This document shows positions 9,286 to 17,622 of a stretch of DNA of 29,016 nucleotides, piece after piece; the first letter of the stretch is position 1; each line of letters opens with the position of its first letter. This DNA is from an uncultured Alphaproteobacteria bacterium (lineage in GTDB: Bacteria; Pseudomonadota; Alphaproteobacteria; RF32; CAG-239), in NCBI GenBank assembly GCA_944391365.1, contig CALXTH010000099.1:1-29016 (forward strand), in the 5' to 3' direction. The position numbers and the translations under genes were made by a program. The notes beneath the pieces were generated by a model, which was not told the DNA's origin, made no database searches, and saw only the letters and a program-made list of their open reading frames with translations.

Positions 9286-9911
9286 TATTTTCTCCTTTTC
9301 TCTGATAAACCGGTTATAATTAAAACCATGCCGTCGTCACTGGATTCGCTCGGAACGGCTTTATAATCAAAATTCCAGTGTTGTTCGGCAACAGATAATT
9401 CTTCCTGATATTTTTTTCCTTTTGGAAAAATACATTTTGTTTTTTGTGAACAAAAAGCAGAAGCATATTGAAATAACTTATCAAGGGAACACATAGCCCG
9501 AGATGTGATAACATCGACTTTTTCAACCGGGATATTTTCTATCCTGCTATTGATGACTTCGACATTATGCAGTCCAAGCTGTTTGACAACCGCGTTTAAA
9601 TACAGTGTTTTCTTTTTAATACTTTCTATTAATTTTATTTTTAAATACGGTGTTTTTTCTTGTAGAACAGTAGCCAAGACTAATCCCGGAAACCCGGCTC
9701 CAGAGCCAAAATCATATAACAGTTTGGTATCATCAGGAATAAAATTAAGCAACTGAAGAGAGTCTAAAAAATGGCGATTCCAGGCGTCTTCCAGAGAGGC
9801 TTTGCTTACGAGATTAAACTTTTGCTGCCACTCATGTAAAAGTGCTTCATACGTTTTTAATTTTGAAATTGTTTCACGTGAAACAGAATATTTTTCCATT
9901 ATATTTTTCAT
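9285..9911 (-). CDS. rsmG: 16S rRNA m7G527 methyltransferase RsmG (GidB)
   Basis: WQQKFNLVS, RHFLDS, YDFGSGAGFPG (SAM motif), ITSRA, FPKGK. Start uncertain (ATG 9911 or 9899; the track uses GTG 9935). Confidence 0.93.
   Translation of the reverse strand: MKNIMEKYSVSRETISKLKTYEALLHEWQQKFNLVSKASLEDAWNRHFLDSLQLLNFIPDDTKLLYDFGSGAGFPGLVLATVLQEKTPYLKIKLIESIKKKTLYLNAVVKQLGLHNVEVINSRIENIPVEKVDVITSRAMCSLDKLFQYASAFCSQKTKCIFPKGKKYQEELSVAEQHWNFDYKAVPSESSDDGMVLIITGLSEKRRK
9870..9885. promoter_or_regulatory. parS: parS centromere site (inside rsmG)
   Basis: Perfect 16-bp palindrome TGTTTCACGTGAAACA matching the widely conserved parS consensus; encodes VSRET in RsmG. Confidence 0.92.
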
Positions 9912-10115
9912 GAAAATATTTATATAAATTTTCACGAAAATTTAAAACATATTTTATTGAGTTATGAACACCTAAAAAACATTATTTTTGAAATATTTTA
10001 AAATCAATGCGTTAAACAATGTTTCTCTATTCTAAATCAGAAGATTTTACAGACTCGATATTTTTTATCCCGTTTGCAGAAAGACAGCTGCTAAATATTT
10101 ATATGAAAAAAAGAT

Positions 10116-10739
10116 CTATGCAGAAATTCTTAAAATTTTATAGATATCGTTCTGGCATTTTTCATCAAAAAAAGTTTTAAGATCATAAAGCTGTGCTTTA
10201 ATATGTTCTTGAGATTCGGGCGTTGTTCTATATCGTTTGGCGATATCGGCCAGGCGCTCTTCAAAAGAACAAATCCGTCCCCGGTCATTTAACATATCAA
10301 CCATAGCTATGAGTTTGTCATAATCATTATATTCAAAATTTTTCATAATCTCCCGGCTTTCGGAAAGATAATCTTTATAATGAGGATAATCTTCATCTTT
10401 AAAATCCGGGGTATAAAAACTATGAGTCAGACAGACCTGGGCAATTTCATCATATCCCAGAGACTGCATATATTTATAGCCGACAATACCATGGAAAATA
10501 TGTTCGTTCCATTCATCGATAATTCTTCCGCAGTCATGTAGAAGCCCCATGACATAGGCTTTCCGCCATTCAAGGTATTTTGTTTTTTTGGCGATGACTT
10601 CGCCGATTTTGGCTGAAAGACGACTATGAGCCCGAAAAGATGTCTCCATATCTCCAGTAAAGGGATATTGGGTTGAGTTGCGTATATAAACAACTCTTTC
10701 AAAAAGCTCTTCGGCTTCTGCCGGCGTGGGACAAGTCAT
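10116..10739 (-). CDS. HD-domain metal-dependent phosphohydrolase (copy 1)
   Basis: RAHS...GLLHDCGR...FHG...CLTHSF...YDKLIAMVD. ATG 10739 with GAGGTG RBS preferred over GTG 10748. Confidence 0.82.
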   Translation of the reverse strand: MTCPTPAEAEELFERVVYIRNSTQYPFTGDMETSFRAHSRLSAKIGEVIAKKTKYLEWRKAYVMGLLHDCGRIIDEWNEHIFHGIVGYKYMQSLGYDEIAQVCLTHSFYTPDFKDEDYPHYKDYLSESREIMKNFEYNDYDKLIAMVDMLNDRGRICSFEERLADIAKRYRTTPESQEHIKAQLYDLKTFFDEKCQNDIYKILRISA

Positions 10740-10774
10740 CACTAACACCTCATAAAAAAGTTTAAATACACTGT

Positions 10775-11392
10775 TTATTTTATTTCTAAAAGTTCATAAA
10801 CATCTGTTCCGCATTTGCGGCTGAAATATTCTTTGAGTTTTATGGCATTATGATATGAATTTTCCAAAACATTCCAGTTCAAGTCATATCTTTTTTGAAT
10901 GCCAGCAAAGCGTTTTTCGATGGACACAACAGCTGTTCCTTCAAAAAACATATCACACAGCTGGACAATTTTATCATAATCATCAAAGATCATTTCCTGC
11001 ATTTGTTTTTTTGCCCACACTAAACCATCGTACGGATAAGAAGTAAAATGAGAAAAATCAAAATCCGGAGCGTAGAATGTATGCGTCAAACAAATTCTTG
11101 CTATTTGAGGATAGCCAAGTTCCGTTAATTTTTCGTAACCAATTTGCCCATGAAAAAAATATTTTTGATTTTTAAGAAAACATTTTCCATAGTCATGCAG
11201 TAAACCGGAAACATAGGTTCGATCAGAATCTAAATCTGTTGTCAGGACAGCTATTTTCTGACAGCAAGCGGCTATCCCTTTGGTATGAAAAATATATTCT
11301 TTACAGGCCTGTTCAGTCCAGAGGCTACGAGCGTTATCCAGCCCTTTTTGCCAGATTTTTTCAGCCTTTTGTTTTGTCAGATATTGATTCAT
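10775..11392 (-). CDS. HD-domain metal-dependent phosphohydrolase (copy 2)
   Basis: IFHT...GLLHDYGK...FHGQIGY...CLTHTF...YDKIVQLCD; visibly paralogous to 10116-10739. Confidence 0.82.
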   Translation of the reverse strand: MNQYLTKQKAEKIWQKGLDNARSLWTEQACKEYIFHTKGIAACCQKIAVLTTDLDSDRTYVSGLLHDYGKCFLKNQKYFFHGQIGYEKLTELGYPQIARICLTHTFYAPDFDFSHFTSYPYDGLVWAKKQMQEMIFDDYDKIVQLCDMFFEGTAVVSIEKRFAGIQKRYDLNWNVLENSYHNAIKLKEYFSRKCGTDVYELLEIK

Positions 11393-11424
11393 TTCGACTT
11401 GCGCAAAGTTTAAATACAGTGTTA

Positions 11425-13275
11425 CTATCTTTTAATATATCCAAGAACAGCTGTAATTGCTGCCGGGGTTACTCCAGGAATGCGAGAGGCTTCTCCGATG
11501 GTCGACGGACGGACTTTGGAAAGTTTTTGAACCATTTCCCGAGAGAGTCCGCCGATTTGTTCATAATTGATATCGTCATGAATTTTTAGTTGCTCGTCTT
11601 TTTTAAATACTTCTATATCAGCTTCCTGTCTTTTTATATATCCCGCATAACGAGCTTCAATTTCTATTTGATCATAGATATCATTTGGAATATAAGCCAG
11701 TTCAGGCCATAGTGTATTAATTGTTTCACGTGAAACAGTATCATAAGACATCAGATTATAAGCCGTCCTTCGTGTTCCGTCCTGTTTGACTTTTATATTT
11801 AATTTGTTTAGATCGGCATTCCTGGCGGTTAGTTTTTCAACCAAAGACCGACAAGTATTCAGTTGTTCTTTTTTCGCTTTAAATACAGTGTATCGTTTAT
11901 CTCCGACAAGGCCTATTTCATGACCTTTTTCTGTCAGACGAAGGTCTGCATTGTCAGCCCGGAGCAAAAGGCGATATTCAGAACGGGAGGTAAACATCCG
12001 ATAGGGTTCATCAACACCTTTGGTTATGAGATCATCTATCATAACCCCTATATAACCTTCACTGCGGTCAATTGTGAATTTTCTTCCGTCATTCAGAGCT
12101 GTAAGAGCAGCATTTGTTCCGGCAATCAGTCCCTGTGCAGCGGCTTCTTCATAACCGGTTGTTCCATTAATTTGTCCGGCTAAGAAAAGGCCCGGAACTT
12201 TTTTGACTTCGAGGCGGTTATTTAATTCCTGCGGATCAACAAAATCATATTCAATGGCATAAGCATAACGCAGAATTTCAACGTTTTCCAGTCCGTCCAT
12301 TGTATGAATAAAGGCTTCCTGTACATCTGCAGGAAGAGAAGTTGAAATACCATTCGGATAAACGACATCAGTTTTATACCCCTCAGGTTCAAGAAAAATC
12401 TGGTGACTATCGCGGTCCGGAAATTTGACCAGTTTGTCTTCAATACTCGGGCAATACCGGGGACCTATCCCTTTTATCAAGCCAGAGAAGAGGGCGCATT
12501 TTTCAAAATTATCCCGAATAATTTTATGTGTTTGTTCATTTGTTCTGGAAATAGCACACTGAATTTGTTTTTGAGGCAGATTTTCGGTTAAAAAAGAAAA
12601 AGGAATGGGATGGATGTCACCGTCTTGTTTCGGAAGTTTATCCCAATTAATGGTTTTACCATTTAAACGGGCAGGGGTTCCGGTTTTCAAACGTCCCAAA
12701 TTCAAGCCGAAATGTTTTAAATACGGTGTTATACCTGTACAACTGACATCATTGACCCGACCGCCAATTGTTGTCTGATGACCGGTAAACATAACACCAT
12801 TTAAAAAAGTCCCGGAAGTCAGAATGACAGCCCGAGCATGAATCTCCGTATTATCGGCTAAAATAACGCCGGCAATTTTATCTTTTTCAGCCAGAAGACC
12901 TTCAACGGCGGCTTCAATAATTGTCAAATTTTTTTGTTTTTGTAAAGCGTCAAGCATATATTTTTTGTAAAGTTCACGGTCAGCCTGGGCTCTGGGACCC
13001 CGGACAGCCGGTCCTTTAGAAGCATTAAGCATGCGGAACTGAATGCCGGCTTTATCAATGACTCGTGCCATCAATCCATCAAGAGCATCAATTTCACGGA
13101 CAAGATGTCCTTTTCCCAAACCACCGATAGCCGGGTTGCACGACATTTCGCCAATTGTTGCAATTTTATGTGTAATCAAGGCGGTTTTGGCACCCAAGCG
13201 CGCTGCTGCCGCACAAGCTTCACATCCGGCATGGCCTCCACCAATAACAATAACATCAAAATCTGTTTTATTCAT
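11425..13275 (-). CDS. mnmG: tRNA uridine-5-carboxymethylaminomethyl modification enzyme MnmG (GidA)
   Basis: [76 protein letters not shown]. Confidence 0.98.
   Translation of the reverse strand: MNKTDFDVIVIGGGHAGCEACAAAARLGAKTALITHKIATIGEMSCNPAIGGLGKGHLVREIDALDGLMARVIDKAGIQFRMLNASKGPAVRGPRAQADRELYKKYMLDALQKQKNLTIIEAAVEGLLAEKDKIAGVILADNTEIHARAVILTSGTFLNGVMFTGHQTTIGGRVNDVSCTGITPYLKHFGLNLGRLKTGTPARLNGKTINWDKLPKQDGDIHPIPFSFLTENLPQKQIQCAISRTNEQTHKIIRDNFEKCALFSGLIKGIGPRYCPSIEDKLVKFPDRDSHQIFLEPEGYKTDVVYPNGISTSLPADVQEAFIHTMDGLENVEILRYAYAIEYDFVDPQELNNRLEVKKVPGLFLAGQINGTTGYEEAAAQGLIAGTNAALTALNDGRKFTIDRSEGYIGVMIDDLITKGVDEPYRMFTSRSEYRLLLRADNADLRLTEKGHEIGLVGDKRYTVFKAKKEQLNTCRSLVEKLTARNADLNKLNIKVKQDGTRRTAYNLMSYDTVSRETINTLWPELAYIPNDIYDQIEIEARYAGYIKRQEADIEVFKKDEQLKIHDDINYEQIGGLSREMVQKLSKVRPSTIGEASRIPGVTPAAITAVLGYIKR
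11722..11737. promoter_or_regulatory. parS: parS centromere site (inside mnmG)
   Basis: Second perfect TGTTTCACGTGAAACA palindrome; encodes VSRET in the MnmG C-terminal region. Confidence 0.92.
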
Positions 13276-13398
13276 TTTTTGTGCCTAAATTTAATTTTTG
13301 TAAAGGTTTACAACAGCTTATTTCTTTTGGCAAGAGATTAATGTATCTCAAACTGTTTTTTTGAAGACAAGAAGAGAGAAATAAGTTTAAATACAGTG

Positions 13399-14742
13399 TT
13401 ATTTACCAATACAAAAGCTACCAAAAATTTTATCAAGAATTTCATCAACTTCTATACGCCCGGTAATTTTGCCAATTTCACGGGCAGCGAGGCGGATATC
13501 TTCAGCGGAAAGTTCAATTTCTTTATCCAAGTTGAAAAGCCGAAGAGAAGAAAGTGCATTTGACAAAGCTTCCCGATAACGTGTCCGGGTAATCAGCAAA
13601 TTAGAATTCACCGTAAACTTATCCTGAATAATTTGTCCTATAGCGTCAAGCAAAACTTCTATTCCCTGCTGATGTTTTGCTGAAATGACTATATTGCCAT
13701 TGGCCGCCAAAATTGAACATTGTTCAGAACTTAAAGTATCACATTTGTTTGCAATATATAAAATTTTGTTTTTAAATGTTTTTTTTATATTTTCAAATAC
13801 TTGAACACTGTCTTGCGATGCATCAAACAAACAAAGCAGCAAATCAGCCGAATTGATCTTTTGATAAGCAATTTCAACACCTTGTTTCTCAATGGCCTCT
13901 TCAGTTTCCCGGATACCGGCCGTATCGGTTACGATAACCGGATAACCGTTAAGGTCAAGGTGAATATCAACAGCGTCTCTTGTTGTTCCGGCTATATCGG
14001 AAACGATAACGACGTCACGTTTGGCTATTGCATTTAATAAACTTGATTTGCCGGCATTTGGTTTGCCGACAATAACAACTCTGAAGCCTTCTCTCAGCCT
14101 TTCACCAATATTATCAGCAGACAGATGTTTTTCTATGCTTTCGCGCAGTTTAAATACAGTGTTATTTATGTTATCTACAACATTTTCAGGAATTTCTTCA
14201 TCGGGAAAATCAATATAAGCCTCAAGATGAGCCAGCAGGGTTACCAGTTGTTCTCGCCAAGTTTCATATAAATTTTTGAGGTTTCCTTCCATTTGGCGCA
14301 ATGCATATTTTCGTTGAGCCTCGGTTTCAGCATCTATTAAATCAGCCATTCCCTCAGCTTCGGTCAAATCCATTTTGTTATTATAAAATGCTCTTTTTGA
14401 AAATTCTCCGGGTTCAGCCATACGAAAATCGGGAATCCGGCTCAAATTATCAAGGACAGTGGAAATAACCGCCCGTGATCCGTGGGTATGCAATTCAACA
14501 ATATCTTCTCCGGTGAATGAGTTTGGTGCCTTAAAATACAGCAAAAGACATTTATCCAAGGTTTGTTTTCCGGAAATGTCTTTTAAATCAACAAAATAAG
14601 CATAACGTGTTTTGAATTTTGTTTTTATCAAAGATGTCATCCGGCGAACAACTTCCAAAGCGTTTATTCCGGAAATGCGGATAACAGCAACTCCTGATTT
14701 TCCCAAAACAGTCGAAAGTGCATAAATTGTTTTATTATCCAT
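13399..14742 (-). CDS. mnmE: tRNA modification GTPase MnmE (TrmE)
   Basis: TIYALST...GVAVIRISG, FTGEDIVELHTHG, GKPNAGKSSLLN, GTTRD, DTAGIR, FGSFCIGK C-terminus. ATG 14742 has an AAAGGA RBS. Confidence 0.98.
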   Translation of the reverse strand: MDNKTIYALSTVLGKSGVAVIRISGINALEVVRRMTSLIKTKFKTRYAYFVDLKDISGKQTLDKCLLLYFKAPNSFTGEDIVELHTHGSRAVISTVLDNLSRIPDFRMAEPGEFSKRAFYNNKMDLTEAEGMADLIDAETEAQRKYALRQMEGNLKNLYETWREQLVTLLAHLEAYIDFPDEEIPENVVDNINNTVFKLRESIEKHLSADNIGERLREGFRVVIVGKPNAGKSSLLNAIAKRDVVIVSDIAGTTRDAVDIHLDLNGYPVIVTDTAGIRETEEAIEKQGVEIAYQKINSADLLLCLFDASQDSVQVFENIKKTFKNKILYIANKCDTLSSEQCSILAANGNIVISAKHQQGIEVLLDAIGQIIQDKFTVNSNLLITRTRYREALSNALSSLRLFNLDKEIELSAEDIRLAAREIGKITGRIEVDEILDKIFGSFCIGK

Positions 14743-14935
14743 CAGTTGATCCTTTCTTTTTACTGATTTAGATATATTAAAGTTCTGAATTTTATGCAAG
14801 TCTTTAAAAAGGCGTTTTTTTGGACTCTACAGCGTTTGTTTAAGCAAAGTTAACCAAAACATCATAGAATGTTTGAAATTGCTTTGTATGGGCTTTATAC
14901 GGACTCATTATTTTTTCTATCTGAGGTTGCTTTAA

Positions 14936-15610
14936 ATGAATAAAACAAATTATAAATTAATTATCTGGGATTTTGATGGTGTCATTGCGGATTCCGAAAA
15001 GGTATGGATAGAGAATCGTAAAATTTTTTTTCATGACCGTTTGGGTGTTGACTGGGATTTTAACGAGGTCAACCGTTTGTTTGGCGGGCAAGCTGATAAA
15101 ACCAAAAGAGAGACCCTGGCAACAATGGGATATCCAACGGATGATCAGTTTTGGGAAGATGCTTTGGCCATGGATATGGCTTATATGGTCCAAAACGGGC
15201 TTGAAGTTATGCCCGGCGTTCTGGAGCTTATTAAAAGCAATAAAATAAAACAATGCATTGCAACCGGCGGCGTATTGAGCAAAACTTTGATGAAACTGGA
15301 GGCTATTAAATTTGGCAATCTTATTCCCGAGGAACATATTTTTACTGTTGACTTGGTGAAAAAAGGCAAGCCGGAACCGGATTTGTTTTTATATGCCGCC
15401 AAGATTATGGATGAAAAACCGGCACAGACCGTTGTTATTGAAGACTCCATAGCCGGAATGACGGCCGGGCTAAAAGCCGGAATGACGGTTGTTGCTTTTT
15501 TGGGCAGCAAAATTTATCAAAATATGGCTTACATTGATAAAGTAAAGGCCTTGGGAGTTAATAAAATATGTTATGATATGGCAGAAGTAAAAGCTTTTTT
15601 GAATATTTAA
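14936..15610 (+). CDS. HAD-IA family hydrolase (beta-PGM/CbbY-like phosphatase)
   Basis: WDFDGVIADSE (DxD), ATGG, GKPEPDLF, VIEDSIAG motifs I-IV. Confidence 0.88.
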   Translation: MNKTNYKLIIWDFDGVIADSEKVWIENRKIFFHDRLGVDWDFNEVNRLFGGQADKTKRETLATMGYPTDDQFWEDALAMDMAYMVQNGLEVMPGVLELIKSNKIKQCIATGGVLSKTLMKLEAIKFGNLIPEEHIFTVDLVKKGKPEPDLFLYAAKIMDEKPAQTVVIEDSIAGMTAGLKAGMTVVAFLGSKIYQNMAYIDKVKALGVNKICYDMAEVKAFLNI

Positions 15611-15613
15611 ATA

Positions 15614-15642
15614 TTGACAAAAATATCAGCAACTCCTATTAT
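15614..15642 (+). promoter_or_regulatory. Sigma70-type promoter for the orphan gene 15690-16325
   Basis: TTGACA (15614-15619), 17 nt, TATTAT (15637-15642). Confidence 0.6.
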
Positions 15643-15689
15643 CCGTTCTGTTTTTTTCTATTTTTATAAATTATAATTCTTTATATATT

Positions 15690-16325
15690 ATGATGGATAC
15701 AAAAAAAATCGCGTCTTTTTATAAAAATGGCGCACAGATTCTGGCTGATGCCCGTGAACTTTGCAGTCGTTTTACGGAACAAGAAAAGAGCAGTCTTTAT
15801 TTTTGCAACTGTCAGCATATTTATGAAGCCGGCAGAGTTATAACCGAAGAAGCTCATGAAATTTTCAGAAGAAGTTTTCCGCCAAGTTTTTCTTCAGTTA
15901 TCAATGATCAGAATTTTGATATTGCCAGTTTTTATCAGTTGATTGAGCAATATCCGGAAATTCTGGCTGGTTGTGAAGATGCCTTTTTTTCTTTTGTACA
16001 ACAACATGTTGAAACAAATATGCAGGGATTTCATCAAAAGCTGATGTTCAACTGGAGTTGGAATGCCGTCTACGGTGTTTTGAGCAGTGAATATATCAAA
16101 CATTTTGTGGCTGAGAATAAGCCGGTTTCATTTGAAAAAATGGTTTTATCTTTGGCCCGGTATATGGATCCGGTACAGGCTCTTGGTCAGGAAAGAAGTT
16201 TTTTGTTTTTTTCAGCCGCAGCCAAATTAGATTATGTTCAATTTAAAGAGCGGCTTGTTTGTAATCTGAGAAAAAATCAGGCATTTGAACCTTGGATAAA
16301 AAAGGTTTTGGATGAATTACAGTGA
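15690..16325 (+). CDS. Hypothetical protein (no family recognised)
   Basis: 211-aa ORF with its own consensus promoter and a downstream terminator; no motif recognised. Confidence 0.7.
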   Translation: MMDTKKIASFYKNGAQILADARELCSRFTEQEKSSLYFCNCQHIYEAGRVITEEAHEIFRRSFPPSFSSVINDQNFDIASFYQLIEQYPEILAGCEDAFFSFVQQHVETNMQGFHQKLMFNWSWNAVYGVLSSEYIKHFVAENKPVSFEKMVLSLARYMDPVQALGQERSFLFFSAAAKLDYVQFKERLVCNLRKNQAFEPWIKKVLDELQ

Positions 16326-16328
16326 ATC

Positions 16329-16362
16329 AAAAGGAGAAGTTTTTTTGGCTTCTCCTTTTTTT
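16329..16362. terminator. Bidirectional intrinsic terminator between the orphan gene and rho
   Basis: AAAAGGAGAAG-N9-CTTCTCCTTTT hairpin with A/T tracts on both sides, between convergent stops. Confidence 0.75.
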
Positions 16363-16368
16363 GTTTTA

Positions 16369-17622
16369 TTAACTGTTCATATTGTTGAAAAAATCGTGAT
16401 TGTTTTTGGATATTTTGAGTTTATCGAGCAAAAATTCCATGCCGTCGGTCATTCCCATCTGCATCAGAACACGGCGCAGAACCCACATTTTTGATAAAGT
16501 CTGACGATCCACCAGAAGTTCTTCTTTACGGGTGCCGGAACGTGTTATGTCAATGGTTGGGAATAAGCGTTTGTCAACCAGTTTTCTATCCAGGATAATT
16601 TCAGAATTTCCGGTCCCTTTAAATTCTTCAAAAATAACTTCATCCATGCGGGAACCGGTATCTATCAGCGCGGTTGCAATAATTGTCAGCGAACCACCTT
16701 CCTCAACATTACGGGCAGCTCCCAGCAATCTTTTCGGACGTTGAAGAGCATTGGCATCAACACCGCCGGTCAAAACCTTTCCGGAAGAAGGAATCACCGC
16801 ATTATACGCTCGTCCCAAACGGGTAATGGAATCAAGCAAAATTACAACGTCTTTTTTGGTTTCCACCAAACGTTTAGCCTTTTCGACCACCATTTCAGCA
16901 ACCTGAACATGGCGAGCTGCCGGTTCATCAAATGTTGAGGAAATAACCTCTCCTTTAACAGAACGGGTCATGTCGGTTACTTCTTCAGGGCGCTCGTCAA
17001 TCAGCAAAACCATCAGGTAAACTTCCGGGTGATTGGCGGCAATTGCATGAGCAATATTTTGCAGCATAACGGTTTTTCCCGTACGGGGCGGGGCAACAAT
17101 CAGACCGCGTTGTCCTTTTCCCTGAGGTGCCACCAAATCAATTACGCGGGTTGTATAGTCTTTTTCACCGCAGATAATATCAAAATTGAGTTTTTCCGTC
17201 GGATAGAGCGGGGTCAGATTATCAAAATTGACACGAAGTTTTGATTTTTCCGGGTCTTCAAAGTTTATTTTATTTATTTTAGTCAAAGCAAAGTAGCGCT
17301 CATTTTCTTTCGGAGCGCGAATTTCACCTTCAACAGTGTCTCCGGTACGCAGACCGTATTTTTTTACCTGAGCCGGTGAGACATAAATATCATCGGGACT
17401 GGCCAGATAGTTGGATTCCGTAGAACGCAGAAAACCGAAACCATCAGGCAGGACTTCTATTGTTCCGTCACCGTAAATAATTTCATCATCGGAGGCAACT
17501 TTTTTCAGAATTGCAAAAATAAGATCCTGAACCCGCATTGAAGAAGCATCTTCAATGCTCAGTTCTTCCGCCTGAGTCAGAAGCTCTTTCGGGGACTTTT
17601 GCTTAAGCTCTTGTAGATACAT
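16369..17622 (-). CDS. rho: Transcription termination factor Rho
   Basis: [70 protein letters not shown]. Confidence 0.98.
   Translation of the reverse strand: MYLQELKQKSPKELLTQAEELSIEDASSMRVQDLIFAILKKVASDDEIIYGDGTIEVLPDGFGFLRSTESNYLASPDDIYVSPAQVKKYGLRTGDTVEGEIRAPKENERYFALTKINKINFEDPEKSKLRVNFDNLTPLYPTEKLNFDIICGEKDYTTRVIDLVAPQGKGQRGLIVAPPRTGKTVMLQNIAHAIAANHPEVYLMVLLIDERPEEVTDMTRSVKGEVISSTFDEPAARHVQVAEMVVEKAKRLVETKKDVVILLDSITRLGRAYNAVIPSSGKVLTGGVDANALQRPKRLLGAARNVEEGGSLTIIATALIDTGSRMDEVIFEEFKGTGNSEIILDRKLVDKRLFPTIDITRSGTRKEELLVDRQTLSKMWVLRRVLMQMGMTDGMEFLLDKLKISKNNHDFFNNMNS

Larger units (their letters stand above)
9595..14162 (+). repeat. Dispersed co-oriented 14-bp motif TTTAAATAC(A/G)GTGT, 8 copies
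   Basis: Exact TTTAAATACAGTGT at 9595, 11409, 11878, 13386, 14149; G variant at 9640, 12716; C variant (TTTAAATACACTGT) at 10761. An 18-mer AGTTTAAATACAGTGTTA is exact at 11407, 13384, 14147. Confidence 0.9.

Noticed and set aside
10116-11392. HD pair as a toxin-antitoxin or defence module
   Set aside because: Both are similar-sized paralogs with intact HD motifs; there is no small antitoxin, nucleotidyltransferase or effector partner.
9595-14162. Reading the 8-copy motif as a CtrA box
   Set aside because: TTAA is followed by 8 rather than 7 nt before a TTA half-site, and the conserved core is the spacer (ATACAGTGT), which CtrA does not specify.
9595-14162. Reading the motif as a CRISPR array or tandem repeat
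   Set aside because: Copies are 14-18 bp, irregularly spaced by hundreds of bp, and mostly inside essential genes; there is no repeat-spacer periodicity and no cas gene.
11600-14546. Weaker motif look-alikes (TTTAAATACTTCT near 11602; TTAAAATACAGCAA near 14531)
   Set aside because: They match only 9-10 of 14 positions in AT-rich sequence, so they were not counted as copies.
14833-14856. TTAA-N6-TTAAC upstream of mnmE/HAD as a CtrA site
   Set aside because: The spacer is 6 nt, not 7.
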